DNA from: Hamiltosporidium tvaerminnensis FI-OER-3-3 | Lineage: Eukaryota > Fungi > Microsporidia | NCBI GenBank assembly: GCA_022605425.2 | Contig: CM061247.1 | Coordinates: 496,001 to 560,000, forward strand | Direction of reading: 5' to 3' | Length of the DNA: 64,000 nucleotides | Shown here: in pieces, positions 11,740 to 26,000 of the stretch | Layout of the letters: the number at the start of each line of letters is the position of its first letter | Position numbering within the stretch: the stretch's first letter is position 1 | The notes under the pieces: model-generated | The model's input: only the letters and a program-made list of their open reading frames with translations | Databases searched by the model: none | What the model was told of the DNA's origin: nothing | Program-made: the position numbers and the translations under genes

Positions 11740-12402
11740 ATGAAAATCCTAGCTCAGGGGGCAGAAGCAAAAATTTTATTACTAGAAAATATTATAGTCA
11801 AAGAAAGAATCCCAAAACTGTATCGCCCAGAAGAACTTGATAATGAAATCCGTTTTAAAAGAACACGACAAGAAAAAAAGATTCTAGACAAATTATACCA
11901 AAATTCAATACTTGTACCAAAAATCGTTAAACCGCTACAAAATTTTGACCATAAAACCACTTTATTTATGGAATATATTGAAGGTTCAATATTAAAAGAT
12001 TTCTTGTGTCAAATTGAAAAATATAAAGATAATTTTAATAAGAGCGAACATTCCGATTCTTTTTCTATAAAAATTACGGAGATAAAAAATACAATGTTTA
12101 GATTGGGTGAAACTATACAAAAAATGCACAAACTCAATATTATACATGGTGATTTAACCACATCAAATTTTATATTAAAAAAGGAGGATCTGTATATCAT
12201 AGATTTTGGACTTTCATATTTCTCAACCAAAGAAGAAGACAAGGCTGTAGATCTCTATCTTTTCGAAAAGGCAATCCGTTGTACTCATCCTGAGTTTATT
12301 ATTGATTATTTTTACGAAGGATATACCGATAAGATTGTTTTGAACAGATTAATAGAGGTCAGAAAACGGGGAAGAAAACGCGAATTAAACTCGATGGGAT
12401 AA
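11740..12402 (+). CDS. BUD32: KEOPS complex atypical kinase Bud32/TP53RK
   Basis: QGAEA, KERIPK.YR..ELD, HGDLTTSN, IDFGLS, EDKAVDLY, RKRGRKR. Confidence 0.96.
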   Translation: MKILAQGAEAKILLLENIIVKERIPKLYRPEELDNEIRFKRTRQEKKILDKLYQNSILVPKIVKPLQNFDHKTTLFMEYIEGSILKDFLCQIEKYKDNFNKSEHSDSFSIKITEIKNTMFRLGETIQKMHKLNIIHGDLTTSNFILKKEDLYIIDFGLSYFSTKEEDKAVDLYLFEKAIRCTHPEFIIDYFYEGYTDKIVLNRLIEVRKRGRKRELNSMG

Positions 12403-13143
12403 TTAAATGAATAAATATATGTGGAAATCCAATAATATTAAAATCAATAAAACTAAGATAAAATATCTAAATTATAAATTTTATAAATCATTTATTTACT
12501 AAAATATTAATTTTATGATTCGGAATATAAAAAAAAACTTATTCTTTCATTCTTTTTCAAAACATTTATTTATGTTTTTACACCTACAAGCTTTTCAGAA
12601 ATATAAATTTTGAGAAATAATTTAATATTTCACGGATTCAATCGTATTAAAATTTAATAAGTTTTCAATAAAATAGATTATGAATGTAATGTTATGACAT
12701 TAAAAAATATATCTAAAGCTTTGCATAGAATTTATTTAGAAAAAAATAGAACTTCATATGGAGAATGAAGGATTTAATAAAAATTCATTGTAAAAAATCT
12801 GATTATTTTAAAAAATTAAGTTTTATTTTATGGATTTTTGTAGAGTTTGAATTTCTATATTTAAATAAATCAATGATAAATTAAAATACTTCTTAGAAAT
12901 TTATTATATTTTACGATGAAACATATGTTTTCTTTGAATATATTTTCAATGGTTTACTTCCGTTTATATTTATTTTGATTTGAATTACAATAAGAAACTC
13001 TTGAGCCTATTATTATATAATTTTAGAATAAAATAATGATTAACAACATTGAAATTAAAAATTGAAACCAGGAGACACTAAAATTTTTAATATTTTGAAT
13101 TCAAATTTAATAAAGATATTTATATGTACACCCTTGATATTTT

Positions 13144-15316
13144 ATGGAATCTTTTGATGAGTTTGGTAATAAAATTGAATCAAAAGACGAAAATATTAGT
13201 GAGATTAGGAGTTACGAATATAAATTTAATAAATGTACAGTGAAAAACTATGATTTTTTTAGACAGATTGCTAATATTCCAGAAAGAGTATTGAATGTGG
13301 GTGTTATCGGGGGTATAGAGAGTGGAAAATCTTCACTAATAAAATATTTTGGTAATTTTACCAATTTTGATGTCGAAAAAATAATTTGCGATGAAAATGA
13401 TAATTTTGATCTGAAAACATTTAATTTTTGTGGAAAAACTATTCATTCTGAGTATGAAAGTCAAAGAGATACAACTATACATTATAAACCAATTACTTTT
13501 CTGCTACAAAACACAAAAGAAATGTCGGTAATTGTAAATTTTATAGATACTTCTAGTCACATTGAATTTTATAGAGAAACACAAGAAATAATTCCTTATT
13601 TTCATTCAACCGTATTAATTTTAGATATCTCTGAAGATATTTCTCTGATTTGTAGACTTTATTTAAAAAATATTTCAAATAAAAATACAATATTAGTTCT
13701 CAATAAATTAGATAAATTAATAATAGAATTGAATATGCCGTTATCGGTAATTTTTGAAAAAATAGAATATTTACGTTCAAAAATAAAAACCGAAAATATA
13801 TTTATAACTTCGTTAGTCAGAAATATTATATTTAAATATAATGAAGATATTTTAGCATCTTTTTATGAGGCTTTTATTGATGAGCAAAGAATTCAAAAAA
13901 ACAGCAAAATCATTAAAATAATAAAAAGTTTAAAAATTTCTAATTTTGAAATCATTGATGAATTATTTAAAATAAAGAAAAACAATATTGAATGTAAAGA
14001 AATGTGTATCAAGAAACATTATAGAGTAGAAAATATGATTTTACCGCTTTATTTTCCAAATTTAAATAGTTATACCCAAATAAATACCGATAATAGCATA
14101 GATCTTGACATTAAAAATAACAATCAAAAATCAAATAAAACATTAGATCAAAAATTTTCTATTGCACAATCGAAATCAGGAAGTTTAGAAAATAAAATAT
14201 TTATAAATAACAACGAATATAAAGTGATTAAAAAATTTTTAATTCTTAAAAATGGTGTTGTAGAAGTTGATTTTTTTACGAAAGACCTTCCTTATCTCGT
14301 TTATTTAGATAAGGAAATTAAAGAAGAATCTAATGGATCGAACGAAGAAAATATTATTTCAGTGATTGTTGAAAATGCTTCAGCAATGAAAATATTGAAA
14401 AGGCTTTATCCTTCTATAAATATAAGAGAAAATATAATATCAGGTCCATCAGAACTATTTCTTGATTCCGTTTTTTGTGATATAAACAAGATGGGAATTA
14501 ACTGTAAAATAATTTATATTTTTAATAAATTTAAAGAAACAATCAAATCAAAAAAAATTTGTATCACAGCTAAGTTTAGTATTTTTATTGAACCGATAAG
14601 TGATAATAAAAATATCTGTTTTGATTTTGAAAATAATAAATTAATAATGACTAAGGAAACAATTTATAACCATTTTTTGAATTCCTTAAATGAAAGCGAT
14701 AATAATATTGAATCTAATAAGTGTCAGGATAAAATAAATTTAAAATCTTGTGATTTAACCTCGAATATTAACGAAGAAAGTAAAAATGATAAAATTAGAT
14801 TGCAAGACATACAAAGGAAACAATTTATACTATGAAATAAAAAATACTGATAAGGTAATTACACAGGCATCAAAAAATTTATCGAAATTATTTAAAAACT
14901 TCATAAATCAGGGTCCAATCGTTTTTCAAGAAGTTTTTGGCGTTAACATATCTGTAAATTTCTCAAAAAATAATTCAAAGACTGGTATATATTTTCAAAA
15001 AGAATGTAAAAAGCTTTTTAGAAGCGACTTTAAAATTTTAGAACCGATTTTTTATATCGAAATTTTGATTCAAAAACACCACTTAAACTTTATTAAAAGT
15101 TTTATTACTTCCCAAAAAGGTAAGATAAATGATACTTTTGATGTTCCATATACGGAATATAACATAATCAGAGGAGAAATTTCTGCTTTTAATTCTTTTG
15201 GATTGGAAGCGTATATTAAGAATACTGCATTTTGCCATATCGAAAAAATAATAATTGGATATTCGGAAGTACCTTACGGTTTTGAAGAACATAAAAAACT
15301 AAATGATTTTTTGTGA
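13144..15316 (+). CDS. SNU114: Snu114/EFTUD2-like U5 snRNP GTPase, split into two overlapping ORFs (candidate 19-nt intron 14780-14798, or a frameshift)
   Basis: N-terminal FDEFGN, G1 GGIESGKS, NFIDT..HIEF, NKLDKLI.EL. The second ORF carries the EF-2 domain IV/V signature (GP...E, ILEPIFYIEI, G.I...SFGLE). Confidence 0.8.
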
Positions 15317-16618
15317 TTGTTATATAAAAAAAGTATAATATAGACTACTTTCTCAAAAAATAATTAAATATAAATTAAGTATCTTTTATTTTTATTTTTA
15401 TGTAGTTTAAAAAATAGACGACTTTTTTTATTTTTTGAAAATGAAATCGCTTTTTCTTTGTTATTAAAATATTCTTAATCTGCTTTTAAAATTTCAAAAT
15501 TTAGTCTTTCAATTTTCATCAAATGTGGATCCTTACTCAAAACAATAACAAGTATATGAATTTCGTTAAATAAAAATATTTCCAAACAATTATTGTCTTA
15601 AATCAAAAAATTAAATTTCTATCTACATCTTCTTATGATTAAAATTTATCAACCGACTATACAACTTTATCGGAATTAAATTTGATTGAATTTGATTTTC
15701 ATATTATTTTAAATTATTACTTATTAAGAACTCGGTTTCAAAAATGTATATAAAAAGTTTATTTTTTAACAAAAATATTATTTATGTTTCGCTTTATATA
15801 TTCTCTTCTTTTTCTTTGATCATTCAATGATACTTGCTAATTTCAAAGAATTTATTTCGATAGCACCGCAACGCACAGAATGTCCCCATTTTTCCTAACG
15901 AAGAAGCCGAAGAAAAGGTTTTCAAAATAACAGGCTATACATACCCATTTGCTTGAATCATTTTAACCGGAAAGTTTATAAGTTTTGATTTCATAGATGA
16001 TTTTTTTCTCTTATAATATATTTAAAAAAATACTTACAAAAAGACACCCGAATGTGGATCATATTGAGAATACTTTTATAAGGCCGCTGCAAAACAACTT
16101 TGGAGATTACTTTTTAGCATAGGTTTGAAATTTTATAAATTTGGTTCTAGCTTATCCAAAGCTTCTTGATATATTTATAAATATCATTCAGATTATTTTA
16201 TATATTTAGCTAAAGGATTTTTACAAAAAATATTGCGCATTTTTTTTGTTTGTTCCGTTTTACAGCTCAGTTTTGTGCTTTTAATTGTTTTTTCAAATAA
16301 TCTAGATTTTTAACGAATATATTTTTCATAATTATGAGATGAATTGATAACTTATATTCCAAGCATGTGAATAAAGTAACGATTCTTAATTGAATTACCA
16401 AAATAATTCAAAAAGACAGAAAACTCATATAGTAATACACTTATTGTATTATTTAGCCTCTTCAGACATCCCTAAAAATTTGAGCCTAGATTTCATAAGA
16501 TGAATCAAAAAAAGATCAAAACTGTTTGTTTTAGAAAATTACAAGTCGTAATGAATCAAAAAATATTTTAAAAAATTTAGATTAATAATTTATTTTAATG
16601 AGACTCAAATTTCTATTT

Positions 16619-17315
16619 TAGGAAGACCAATCATACTAACATTATCTAGTTGGAAATGATTAAATAAAATAGATTTAAATATCATTGTTTTGATTTTTAT
16701 GAAATGAACACCACAGTGTATTCTCGGCTGTTTACATGGAAATTTTATTAAGAAAGGAAGACCTAAATAATATTGAAAAATCTTCTAAAAACTTATTCTA
16801 TATTTTATGAACTGAATGAAAACCAAAATTGAAATTTTGAGTAATCCCCATATAAAAAAACATAGCCTTGTTCATTCGGGTTAGAAGTATTATCACCTTA
16901 GAGATACAAAAAACTTTTCAAAGAGCCGTGAATAATGTTAATTAGCAGGTTATACCCGTTAGTATAAAATTAAAACGTCTAGTTAAATCTATGTAAGTCG
17001 CTGAGATATATCTTAACTCGAAGTCTATTTGTTTTTAAATGTATAGTGCAAGTAGGAATACTGGCAGCGCTTGGGTGTCAAAATGGGTTTAAACCAGCAA
17101 TAACTTTCATGACAATGATTTTAACGAATTTCGGGTAAATTCTTAATTTATTCAATGAGAATTTCACACCTAATAGACGAAGACTTTGAATTTAAATATC
17201 TAAGAAATGCAGATGAAGTTTTGAGGTAGTTATATCTAAAACCATAAATATATTAATATCATGTAAACAATATAAAATTTGTCACATTAACATGAAGATG
17301 TGATATTTATATCAT
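16619..17315 (+). repeat. Family A copy (old, strongly AT-decayed)
   Basis: TAGCCTTGTTCATTCGGGTTAGAAG, GCAGGTTATACC, TGAGATATATCTTA and terminal AAGATGTGATA, in the family's order. Confidence 0.8.
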
Positions 17316-17495
17316 AAATTTTCTTATTTTTTATATATATAAAGCCAAAAGAGATTTAATTTTCTAAAAATCAAATATATTAAAATATTGAATTCTACAG
17401 CAAAAGAGGTGAGTTTTTATTCGCAGTATTTTCTTTATAATAACCGACATAATAAATATTGCTTTTGGTATATTTAATTTGTTTTCAGCTTTATA

Positions 17496-18017
17496 TCAAT
17501 TTTCTTTTGCCAAACATACTGTAATAACTTTATCGAAAATAATTTTTCCATTTAAATTTTCAATACAATTTTTACAAAACTCTTCATTTCCAGTAATAAA
17601 TCCATAACCTTTTGATTTGAAATTCTCATCACGTATAATTCTGACATCAATTGGTGTTCCAAAATTACTAAAAATATCGAATAAATTTGTTTCGTCAACT
17701 TCGGAATTAATATTACCAACAAATAGCTTTGTGTAATTTTTATTCATTATTTTGTGAATTTTAATACTCAGACCATTTAATTTGATAAAATTTAAAATTT
17801 TTATTGTATAGTCACAATCTTCTTCGGTAAAATATTGTACATAACAATATCCCAAGTGTTTCAATGTTATTTTATCAGTCGGATATTTAAGATTTTTTAT
17901 TTTTCCAGTTTGTGTAAAGAGTTCATGTAAAACAAGATATGTAATATTAGTATCAACGTTTGTTATATAAATGGTATTTGTTTTTGTTTTATTAATCTTC
18001 ATTTCATTCTTTATCAT
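17496..18017 (-). CDS. HSH49: Two-RRM splicing factor SF3B4/Hsh49-like
   Basis: ELFTQTGKI.NLKYPTDKITLKHLGYCYVQY..EEDCDYTIKILN.IKL.G, then a second RRM (LFVGNI...SKGYGFI). Confidence 0.88.
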   Translation of the reverse strand: MIKNEMKINKTKTNTIYITNVDTNITYLVLHELFTQTGKIKNLKYPTDKITLKHLGYCYVQYFTEEDCDYTIKILNFIKLNGLSIKIHKIMNKNYTKLFVGNINSEVDETNLFDIFSNFGTPIDVRIIRDENFKSKGYGFITGNEEFCKNCIENLNGKIIFDKVITVCLAKEN

Positions 18018-21000
18018 AAAAATACGGTTTTAAAATCTAGATGGGCATCAGATCTCAAATATATGAATTGGAAAAATGCAAAAATTCTCGGTTTGTAATA
18101 ATATATTTGGATATTATGTTTACTATTTTAAATTATTTTTTTTTCGATTAGTGTATCTAAGTGTGATATTTTAAACTCAATTATTTTTACAAACCATGAG
18201 TAGTAAAATTTATGAAATAGAATTTTAATCTGGATTTTTAAAAGAAAACCAAATTTTAGTATTTTCTTAGCCAATGATAAAGAAATTCGGTTTTATTAAT
18301 AAAGGATTGCCATGATTTATGTCAATATTAATCTCAATATAGAAAAGTGACTGAAGATAAGATATATAGAATAGATAGCTTGGGAAAGAGTTTATGCCAC
18401 GGAAAAGCCGAAATAAATTATAGGTCGATATAAAAAGTTACAGAAATGAAATGAGATATGTAATCCTTGCTATTAGTTCAACCTTTTTATTAAATTATAA
18501 TATACTCATGATTCATTTATATATTAAATGGAAAAAAAACTACAATTTGAAAGTTAAATACTCAACCCAACCAGTAAAATATTATTTATCTTTGAAAATA
18601 TCTTTTGCATATATCGCCATGGAATATACGAATCCCAAAGCCTAATTATTTCATGAAAGAAGAAGATAATGGCACCTTGAAGTTTATTCGAATGTAAAAA
18701 GCCGATCAGAATTAATTTCTCTACGTTTTGTGTTACATAAAACATCAGGATAAACTTAAAAAAAATATCAGAACATTTTCACGATCATAATAATATTCTA
18801 CATGTATTTTTAACGTAGGTATGATTGAAATTTGAAACTCTAATCGATTATAAAAAAAATAGTCGTAAAAATGGCTTTAAATACTTTATTGTTCTACCCA
18901 TGTCACGTTTCTTGATTCATATTTTTTGGTATATGATCTGGATCAATAATTATTTTGGTCAAAAAATTCGGAAATTTGAGGCTGGGTAATCTTTCTTTGA
19001 ACTCGAATGTTTTTGAGTGAATTTTTGACAAAGATGACAGAACCTTTTAAACAAATACTTCAAATTTTTTTAGTTAAACTTTAGAAACAACGATAAAATT
19101 TGGTACAAGTATTACTAAGGTACCCTATATGTGTTTTTCGAGAAAAAATAAAATAAAAGCTGAGATCAGCCTGATGGGGAAACATAAAAAGGTAAGTTCA
19201 TATTTTAGCTTTTTTCATAGATCATTTTAAGGAAGGGTTTCTACCAAAAAAGTTTGTTTTTTTTAAGAAGAAGTTTATATTACAATTATTCCTGCACTCA
19301 TTTTAATACCTAATATTAAGAACGAACAAATAAAATTTCTGTTTAAGAAATATTCCTGTAAATTAGAAAAAAATCTTATAATACATGAAACTAGAAAGCG
19401 ATGTAAAATACAAGCGACTTGAGCACTCAGCTTATAATCTTGATTTATTTAAATGTTTGATCTGATAAAATGTTACGCTTTGAGGGAATTGTAAGTTTTA
19501 CACTTGTAATTTAAAATAAGATAATAATTGTACACATACAAGTTATATAATATAAATTACCCTATATTTGGCTAATTATGTTCTCTTCGATTGAAAGTTT
19601 ATTAAGGTATGAATAGGCTTTCTAGTGCGAATGCTCTTGTTACTAGTTTAATTTAAATTTAATTATCATACAAATTTTGTCTATTCACTAGTATCCTTAC
19701 AGTATTATGTTACTCGAATATCTAAATGCCATCATTAACGCAATTATGTATTTGCAAAATTTAATATGTGATTTTCTAGGTATTGTTCAAAGAGCTCGGG
19801 TTACAGCCGATAGTATGTATTGCTAATACATATATTATGATCACAAAGCTTATGAAAATGCGTTTTATCTAATTTGGGAGGTTTGTGTAGAATAATATAG
19901 GCGGAAAAGGGTATTTGAACATCAAAATAAATGGTGAGACTGATTTATATCTACAAAAAAAATATTTTATTAAGATAATGCAAGTATATCTTTGTTTAGA
20001 CATATTTATGAATTTATGACTGTTAGCTGTTATACCACATAGAAACCGGATTTTTTAAATAGATTCTAAAAAATTTGAAATCAAAGACTTATACCTAAAA
20101 ATATTATAGGTATTGCTTGAAAGAAATATTGGCAAATAGATTGAAACATATCTAAGAATAAAATGTTATTTAGTTCGTTTTTATTTAAATTTTTTATTTT
20201 TAGTTCAAGAAAAATAAAATAGCAAGAAATATATGGGAAGCAGGTTCTCATAAAAAGATAATTTATTGAAATTTGGTAATATAAGGCAAACTTAAATGGA
20301 GATTTTGCAAATATTTTAATAATTCACCAAGGCAATTTCTTCATTGAAAATTTCGTTGGTTTAATAAAGTGATATCAATTAAGTGGATTTGTATTGTGAA
20401 GAAATAGCAACTTTTTTAGAGACTTAAAATGGTAATTAATACCTAAACATTATAGAAAAAGCCAATAAACCGTACATGTAGTCTGACAGAAGAACTACAC
20501 ACGAAACTAATAAAATTAATTAGAAGTCGCATTAGCACTAAATTTAAACAATAAAATCATTCCATGCTATAAATTACCATGAGATATAGTTAATCGACTA
20601 TCAAATAAAAGGAATAAGGTTCAGACTAGCTGATTTATAAAGTTATAGAATGATATGTATTTAGTTTAATATGATTGTATGATCTACGTCAGGTTCTAAG
20701 AAAAAATTATATATATGAATTTCTTAAGTTATGAGAAGCGTTACTGTATTTGGTACGAAAGAAAACATTCGCATCTACAACGCTTGAGCTGTCTCAAAAA
20801 ATAAATTTATATAAGAAAATTTGTAAATATTCACATAGAAGAATGCGATAATAGAAGAAACTTTATGTTGATAAAAGACTTTAGTAAATTTAAGTATAAG
20901 ACACCTTAATAAGTCACTAAATAAATACCAAAAAGGGTTTTCTGAAAACATTTATAACCAAATAATAAAACGGGAATTAAATCTGAAGTTATAAAAGCCT

Positions 21001-22115
21001 GAAAAAAAACTATATAGTGACTCGACTTAACAATTTAGGGTTGTAAAACTGACATAGACCAATTCGACAGGAATTAATGTGTATTTCTTGATTGAAAAAT
21101 ATTAAGGAAAGTATAAAAAACAGCCAAAACCGATGTCTTTAGGGTAATAAAATATGGAATTGCAACCCAATATGAAAAAAACAATAAATTATTAAGACAT
21201 ACGGCAGACTGAGATATTCTATGTTTACATATCTATATCTCAAATAAGTATAAATTTGGCTCTTAGAACAAACTAAAAGTATGTTTTTTTATGAAAGTTT
21301 TCAAAAATGATATTTGGAAATAAATGAGGATATTAAAATATAAATTGATATATATATTGAGAATAATGAATAGGAATACTCATTCTAGAAAAAAAATTTA
21401 TAAGATAATACCTATTGTAGTCCAAGCATTTTAATTCACTCAATTCAATTTGTATAAACATAAAATATGACGAATCAAGCTTGATATCGAATATAATCGG
21501 TTTGGAGTTTGGAATAGTCTTAGATAATTTTATATTTCATAGCATGAAATATTATTGTTTTTGAATGACTTATGATTGACCTTGCAGTGTTTTACATATC
21601 AGTATGAAAAAAATACTTTTAGTGTATATTTAATTGGAAAAACAGTTCAAAACATTTCTTTTGTTTGAGCAAGTGAATTCTCGTCTCGACTCAAATGCTA
21701 ATAAAAACAAAAAAATATCAAAACACATTCATATTATACAGAGATAAATGATATACGAAAGCTCTAATATATTAGTTATATATACACACCTATTAGGCAA
21801 AAACTGCCATAAAATAAATCAAAAAGCCGAAATTTCACAGATTGCGTATATAAAGTGCGCAAATAATTTATCGATTCAAAATCAAAAAAATTCAAATCGT
21901 AAGGAGAGCCAAATTAAACCGAAAGCTGGTAATATAATTCAGAAACTGCAAAAAAACTAATCCAGCGTAAATGAAACAATATATAGAAGCCTATATAAAC
22001 TCATTATTAATGATATTCTATTTGGAAAATATGTTTTATTTGGAAAAAAATATATTCGTCGAATTCATTTCTAACCTTAAATTTATTTTATGTTAAATGC
22101 TACAGCCCACCCTTA

Positions 22116-23064
22116 ATGAATAATGAATCGACAGAATGTAGAAAAGGCTGCATACATTTCTTTCTATTGTCTTTAAAGGATAATCAGAATCAACTTTTTA
22201 ATTTTACAGAATCGTAAGTCATTTCTAATTTAAGTTTTATTCATGATATAAAGGAAATAGAGAATATTACTCCTGCTGTTTTTCAGATATTTTATGATTA
22301 TTTATTTAAGAAAAAATTAATTTTGTGTGAATATGGCTTGTTTATTACGGAAAAATATGTATTTAGTCAAATGGGTGAAGTATTATATAAAAAGTAATTA
22401 ATTTCTAATTAGATTAAATAAACAAGAGAATGCCGATAGAAATACTTTTATTAACAACCAATTAATGCTTTACAGTTGGATCGAATCAGAGCATTTGGAG
22501 ATTAAACTTGACACGTGTTTATTGAATAATTCTTTAATAAATTTTAGTAAATTGCCTTTTTATAGAACACCAACAGAAAAAATAAATTGTTATATGAAAC
22601 ATATAAAATTTTGTTACAAAGAAATTGGAATTGAAAAAGGAGCAGAAGAAATTTTACCAATTTTGATCTATTCCATTATCAAATCGGATATACATAATGT
22701 TTATATAGAAAAATTATTCATGAATTATTATAAACATAAGAATTTTAATCGATGTCAACATAATTGTACACATTTAAACAACAATTTTTTAAATTTTGTG
22801 GAACCAAAAGAAATTTGTGATTGTCTTGATGAATGTATGAACAATTACAACGAAACAACCTATTATCTTGCGCTTTTAGATACTGCGATATCATTTATTG
22901 AAAGAATTGAATTTAAATCTTTAAATATAAGCAGAGAAGAATATAATGCTTTTATTGACCAAAAAATAATTTCATTGAAGGAACCAAATAAAATTATAGA
23001 AATAAGCTCAAAAGAAGACAATAAGATTTCTAGAATAATAAAATATTTTAGGAAACAAAAATAA
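22116..23064 (+). CDS. VPS9-domain Rab5 GEF; exons 22116-22213, 22235-22393, 22413-23064
   Basis: VPS9 motifs TPTEKINC, GAEEILPILIYSIIKS, ETTYYL..L.TAISFIE. The frame extends without stops to a CCC-preceded ATG at 22116 once a 21-nt and a 19-nt GT-AG intron are removed. Confidence 0.88.
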
Positions 23065-26000
23065 ATGTATAAATATTTCTAAAAATACTTTTTTTTATTT
23101 CGCTTTACAACATAAATTATTTTCAAAACTATAAAACCAAAAGAACATGTATATTTCATAAATAATCCATTTTTATTGATTTATCCTTTATTACATAACA
23201 AAATCGTCTAAATTTCATTTCATTTTTCTATTAGAGACATATATTACATCTTATTTAAAAGAAATCTTCCCATTCATATCGGCGTTATAATTTAATACTA
23301 TAGATAAAATATTTGCAAAAATGCAGTGAAATTATTAGAATTAAAACCATATAATGTTTTAGAGGCTCATTTTAATTTAAATACTTCGACTCACTGCGAG
23401 CATTTGTTCGTTTGAATTTTTCTTAAAAAAATATTTACATTTAGATTATCGACTAAAAATAATTAGAATTTATTTAGATAGTTTCTCTATAAACTAAAAT
23501 TTAAATAAGGTTTAAAGGATAAAAAATAATGACGAGTTTTTCTAATATCTTTTTGTAAAAAGCAATATTTTTTGTGCGAGTCTTGGTGAAACTTTACATA
23601 AATTATAACTATGTACAAGATTTTCGAAATAACCTGCATATCAAATATAATAAGATTATCAGGAAACAATGATACTCATCACATTATTAAATTGACAATT
23701 GAAAACATTAAAAACAAATTTTTTTTTATTTAAAATTAGTATAATATTGATTCTAGATATTCTAATTCCTAAAGAACTTTTTAAATAGTTAGAAAAAGTC
23801 AAATTACCAATCAAATATGATTTCTAAAGTAAATTATAAATAATTATAGAAAAACAAAACATATCTTGAGTTTCAACAAAACAATTAGTTTTTAATAAGC
23901 AATAATTTGTCAAACATATTTTTATTTATTCAAGAAGTAAAATTGCAAATAATAAAAGATATATTAAAAAACTAAAATTAATTTTTATTTTAAGAAATAA
24001 AGTCGGCATAAATCTAACAAATAATTTTTAAAAAAAAAGGAGATTTTGAAAAAGTAAAAGCATTTGTATCTGATTTTTTTAGAAGTTATAACAAACATAT
24101 TGAAATACGCAGGTAATTTTATGATTATATTTTTTTTCGCCAAAATTATCTCAAGCCTATTATATTTTATAATTGTTTATTGTTGAATATAATCTATACT
24201 TTATTTAATTTTCAATAATAGAATTTAATTATGAGTATTGCATTAGAAATATACAGGAATTAGATTATATTTTTGAGCATTTAAGATTTTTATTTACCTT
24301 ACGAAATATTTGTTTTCTGTAATAAACCAGTAAAATATATACTTTCGGTAAGATTTACTTAGTAAAAGCTTATAAACAACATAACCCTTTAAAATATATA
24401 CTTAATATATGAATGCATAAAGAAAGGAATTTTTCTGTCAAAATATTATTAGAATGTCTAGAAACAGAGTGCTACTATTTCTGAATTAGGAAAAAGGCTT
24501 TTTAAAATATTAAACAGATTATCAAAAATAAATTGAGTAAAAAATCAAAATTACAAATTTAATAAAGTATTCTTATGATTTACCATGAAAGATGAAACTA
24601 ATAAACGTTGATATCTCCGAAGAAAAGAAAAAGGCTAGGATCTGAAAAACAAATAACATATTCATTTTAAAATTTCAAATGAAAATGTACCTTTTTGAAT
24701 AAAATATATAGAAACTCTGATTAATATATAGAAATAATGATCCTTAAAAATATATATGATTGAACTCAAGATGGAATAAATTTAAAAATTAATGAAGTTA
24801 AAATTGCATTAATATACTAGTTCTGATGAAAAGAAATATTCCTTCTAATTTATAAAAATTAGGTGTATGTTTTTGTAAAAAATTGCAAACAGCCTATAAA
24901 AAATGCATCTATTTACGTGAAGGTTTTGGTGTCTTTCTTCAGAACGCAAAGTCTTAGATCCAAATTGTCGTTTAAATTACAATGGCTGTTTTACTAGAAT
25001 CTAAGTATAGAGTTGAAATTTGTCAATTAGACTTTTACAATACAAAAAATCATATAATATGTTGAAATCATCTGCTTAAAAAAAGTTCACAAAATTAACA
25101 GATCGATAAAAAATAAAAAAATGTATGATTATAATGAACAAATCAATCAAAACCTAGAAGTATTTAGTATATAGCAAACTAACTGTAAATTTTATGAAGG
25201 ATATTCTATATTTCTTCGCGGGTACAGGAAAAATTTTATAAATTCAGTGAAATTCTTTTTCGATTAGCAAAAAAAAGAGAAAATGAAACCCAATTAGAAA
25301 ACCTTAATTATAAATGTTTTTTGTAAACAAAGAAGTCGTTTCAAATGAATATCACGACTAGGTTACCCATAAAATAGTATAAATTTTTTGCAATTTTTAA
25401 GCAAAATTACAAATAGAAATGATTATGTTGTGAAATATAAAAAAATAGCTTCGAAACTTTATATTTCTCAAGAATGTATGAAATATAACACCAATAAACC
25501 AGACTAAAGTTCTAGATTCTATAGCTGCACTTACAAAAGATATCCTTCCTGGCAATTCAAAATCTAGTTAATCTATTGAAAAATATTTCTAAATTTTTCA
25601 AATCCATTTTTTTAAATTTATCAAACATCAGTATGAGAATTTCAAATCGTTGGTTTACTCTAAAATAGAAGGGTTGATTCGAATATAAATCGAGTTTTAG
25701 TATAAAAAATAAATCTATAGTTGTATATACCGAAATATATCGGGAAATGAAATAATAGATCACAAAATTTAACCTAAACAGCGAAAATAGAATGTATGAT
25801 AACGAATAGCTCTACTTATATTAAGGTACGCTAGTAAAATATTGAAAAAATGCGTATAATATTGTATAAAAATATTTAGTAAGAATAAAGTTTATAGGGC
25901 TGAATTGTTAAAGAGTTATTTTTTTATACTATAAATATTCGAGAAATAACTAAACATATTGCAGAAATATACAAACAATTTTTTTTATCTGATAAAAATA

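Noticed and set aside
19173-19220. ATG GGG AAA CAT AAA AAG followed by GTAAGT as an intron-containing gene start
   Set aside because: No CTAAT branch point; both candidate acceptors give only short unrecognisable peptides.
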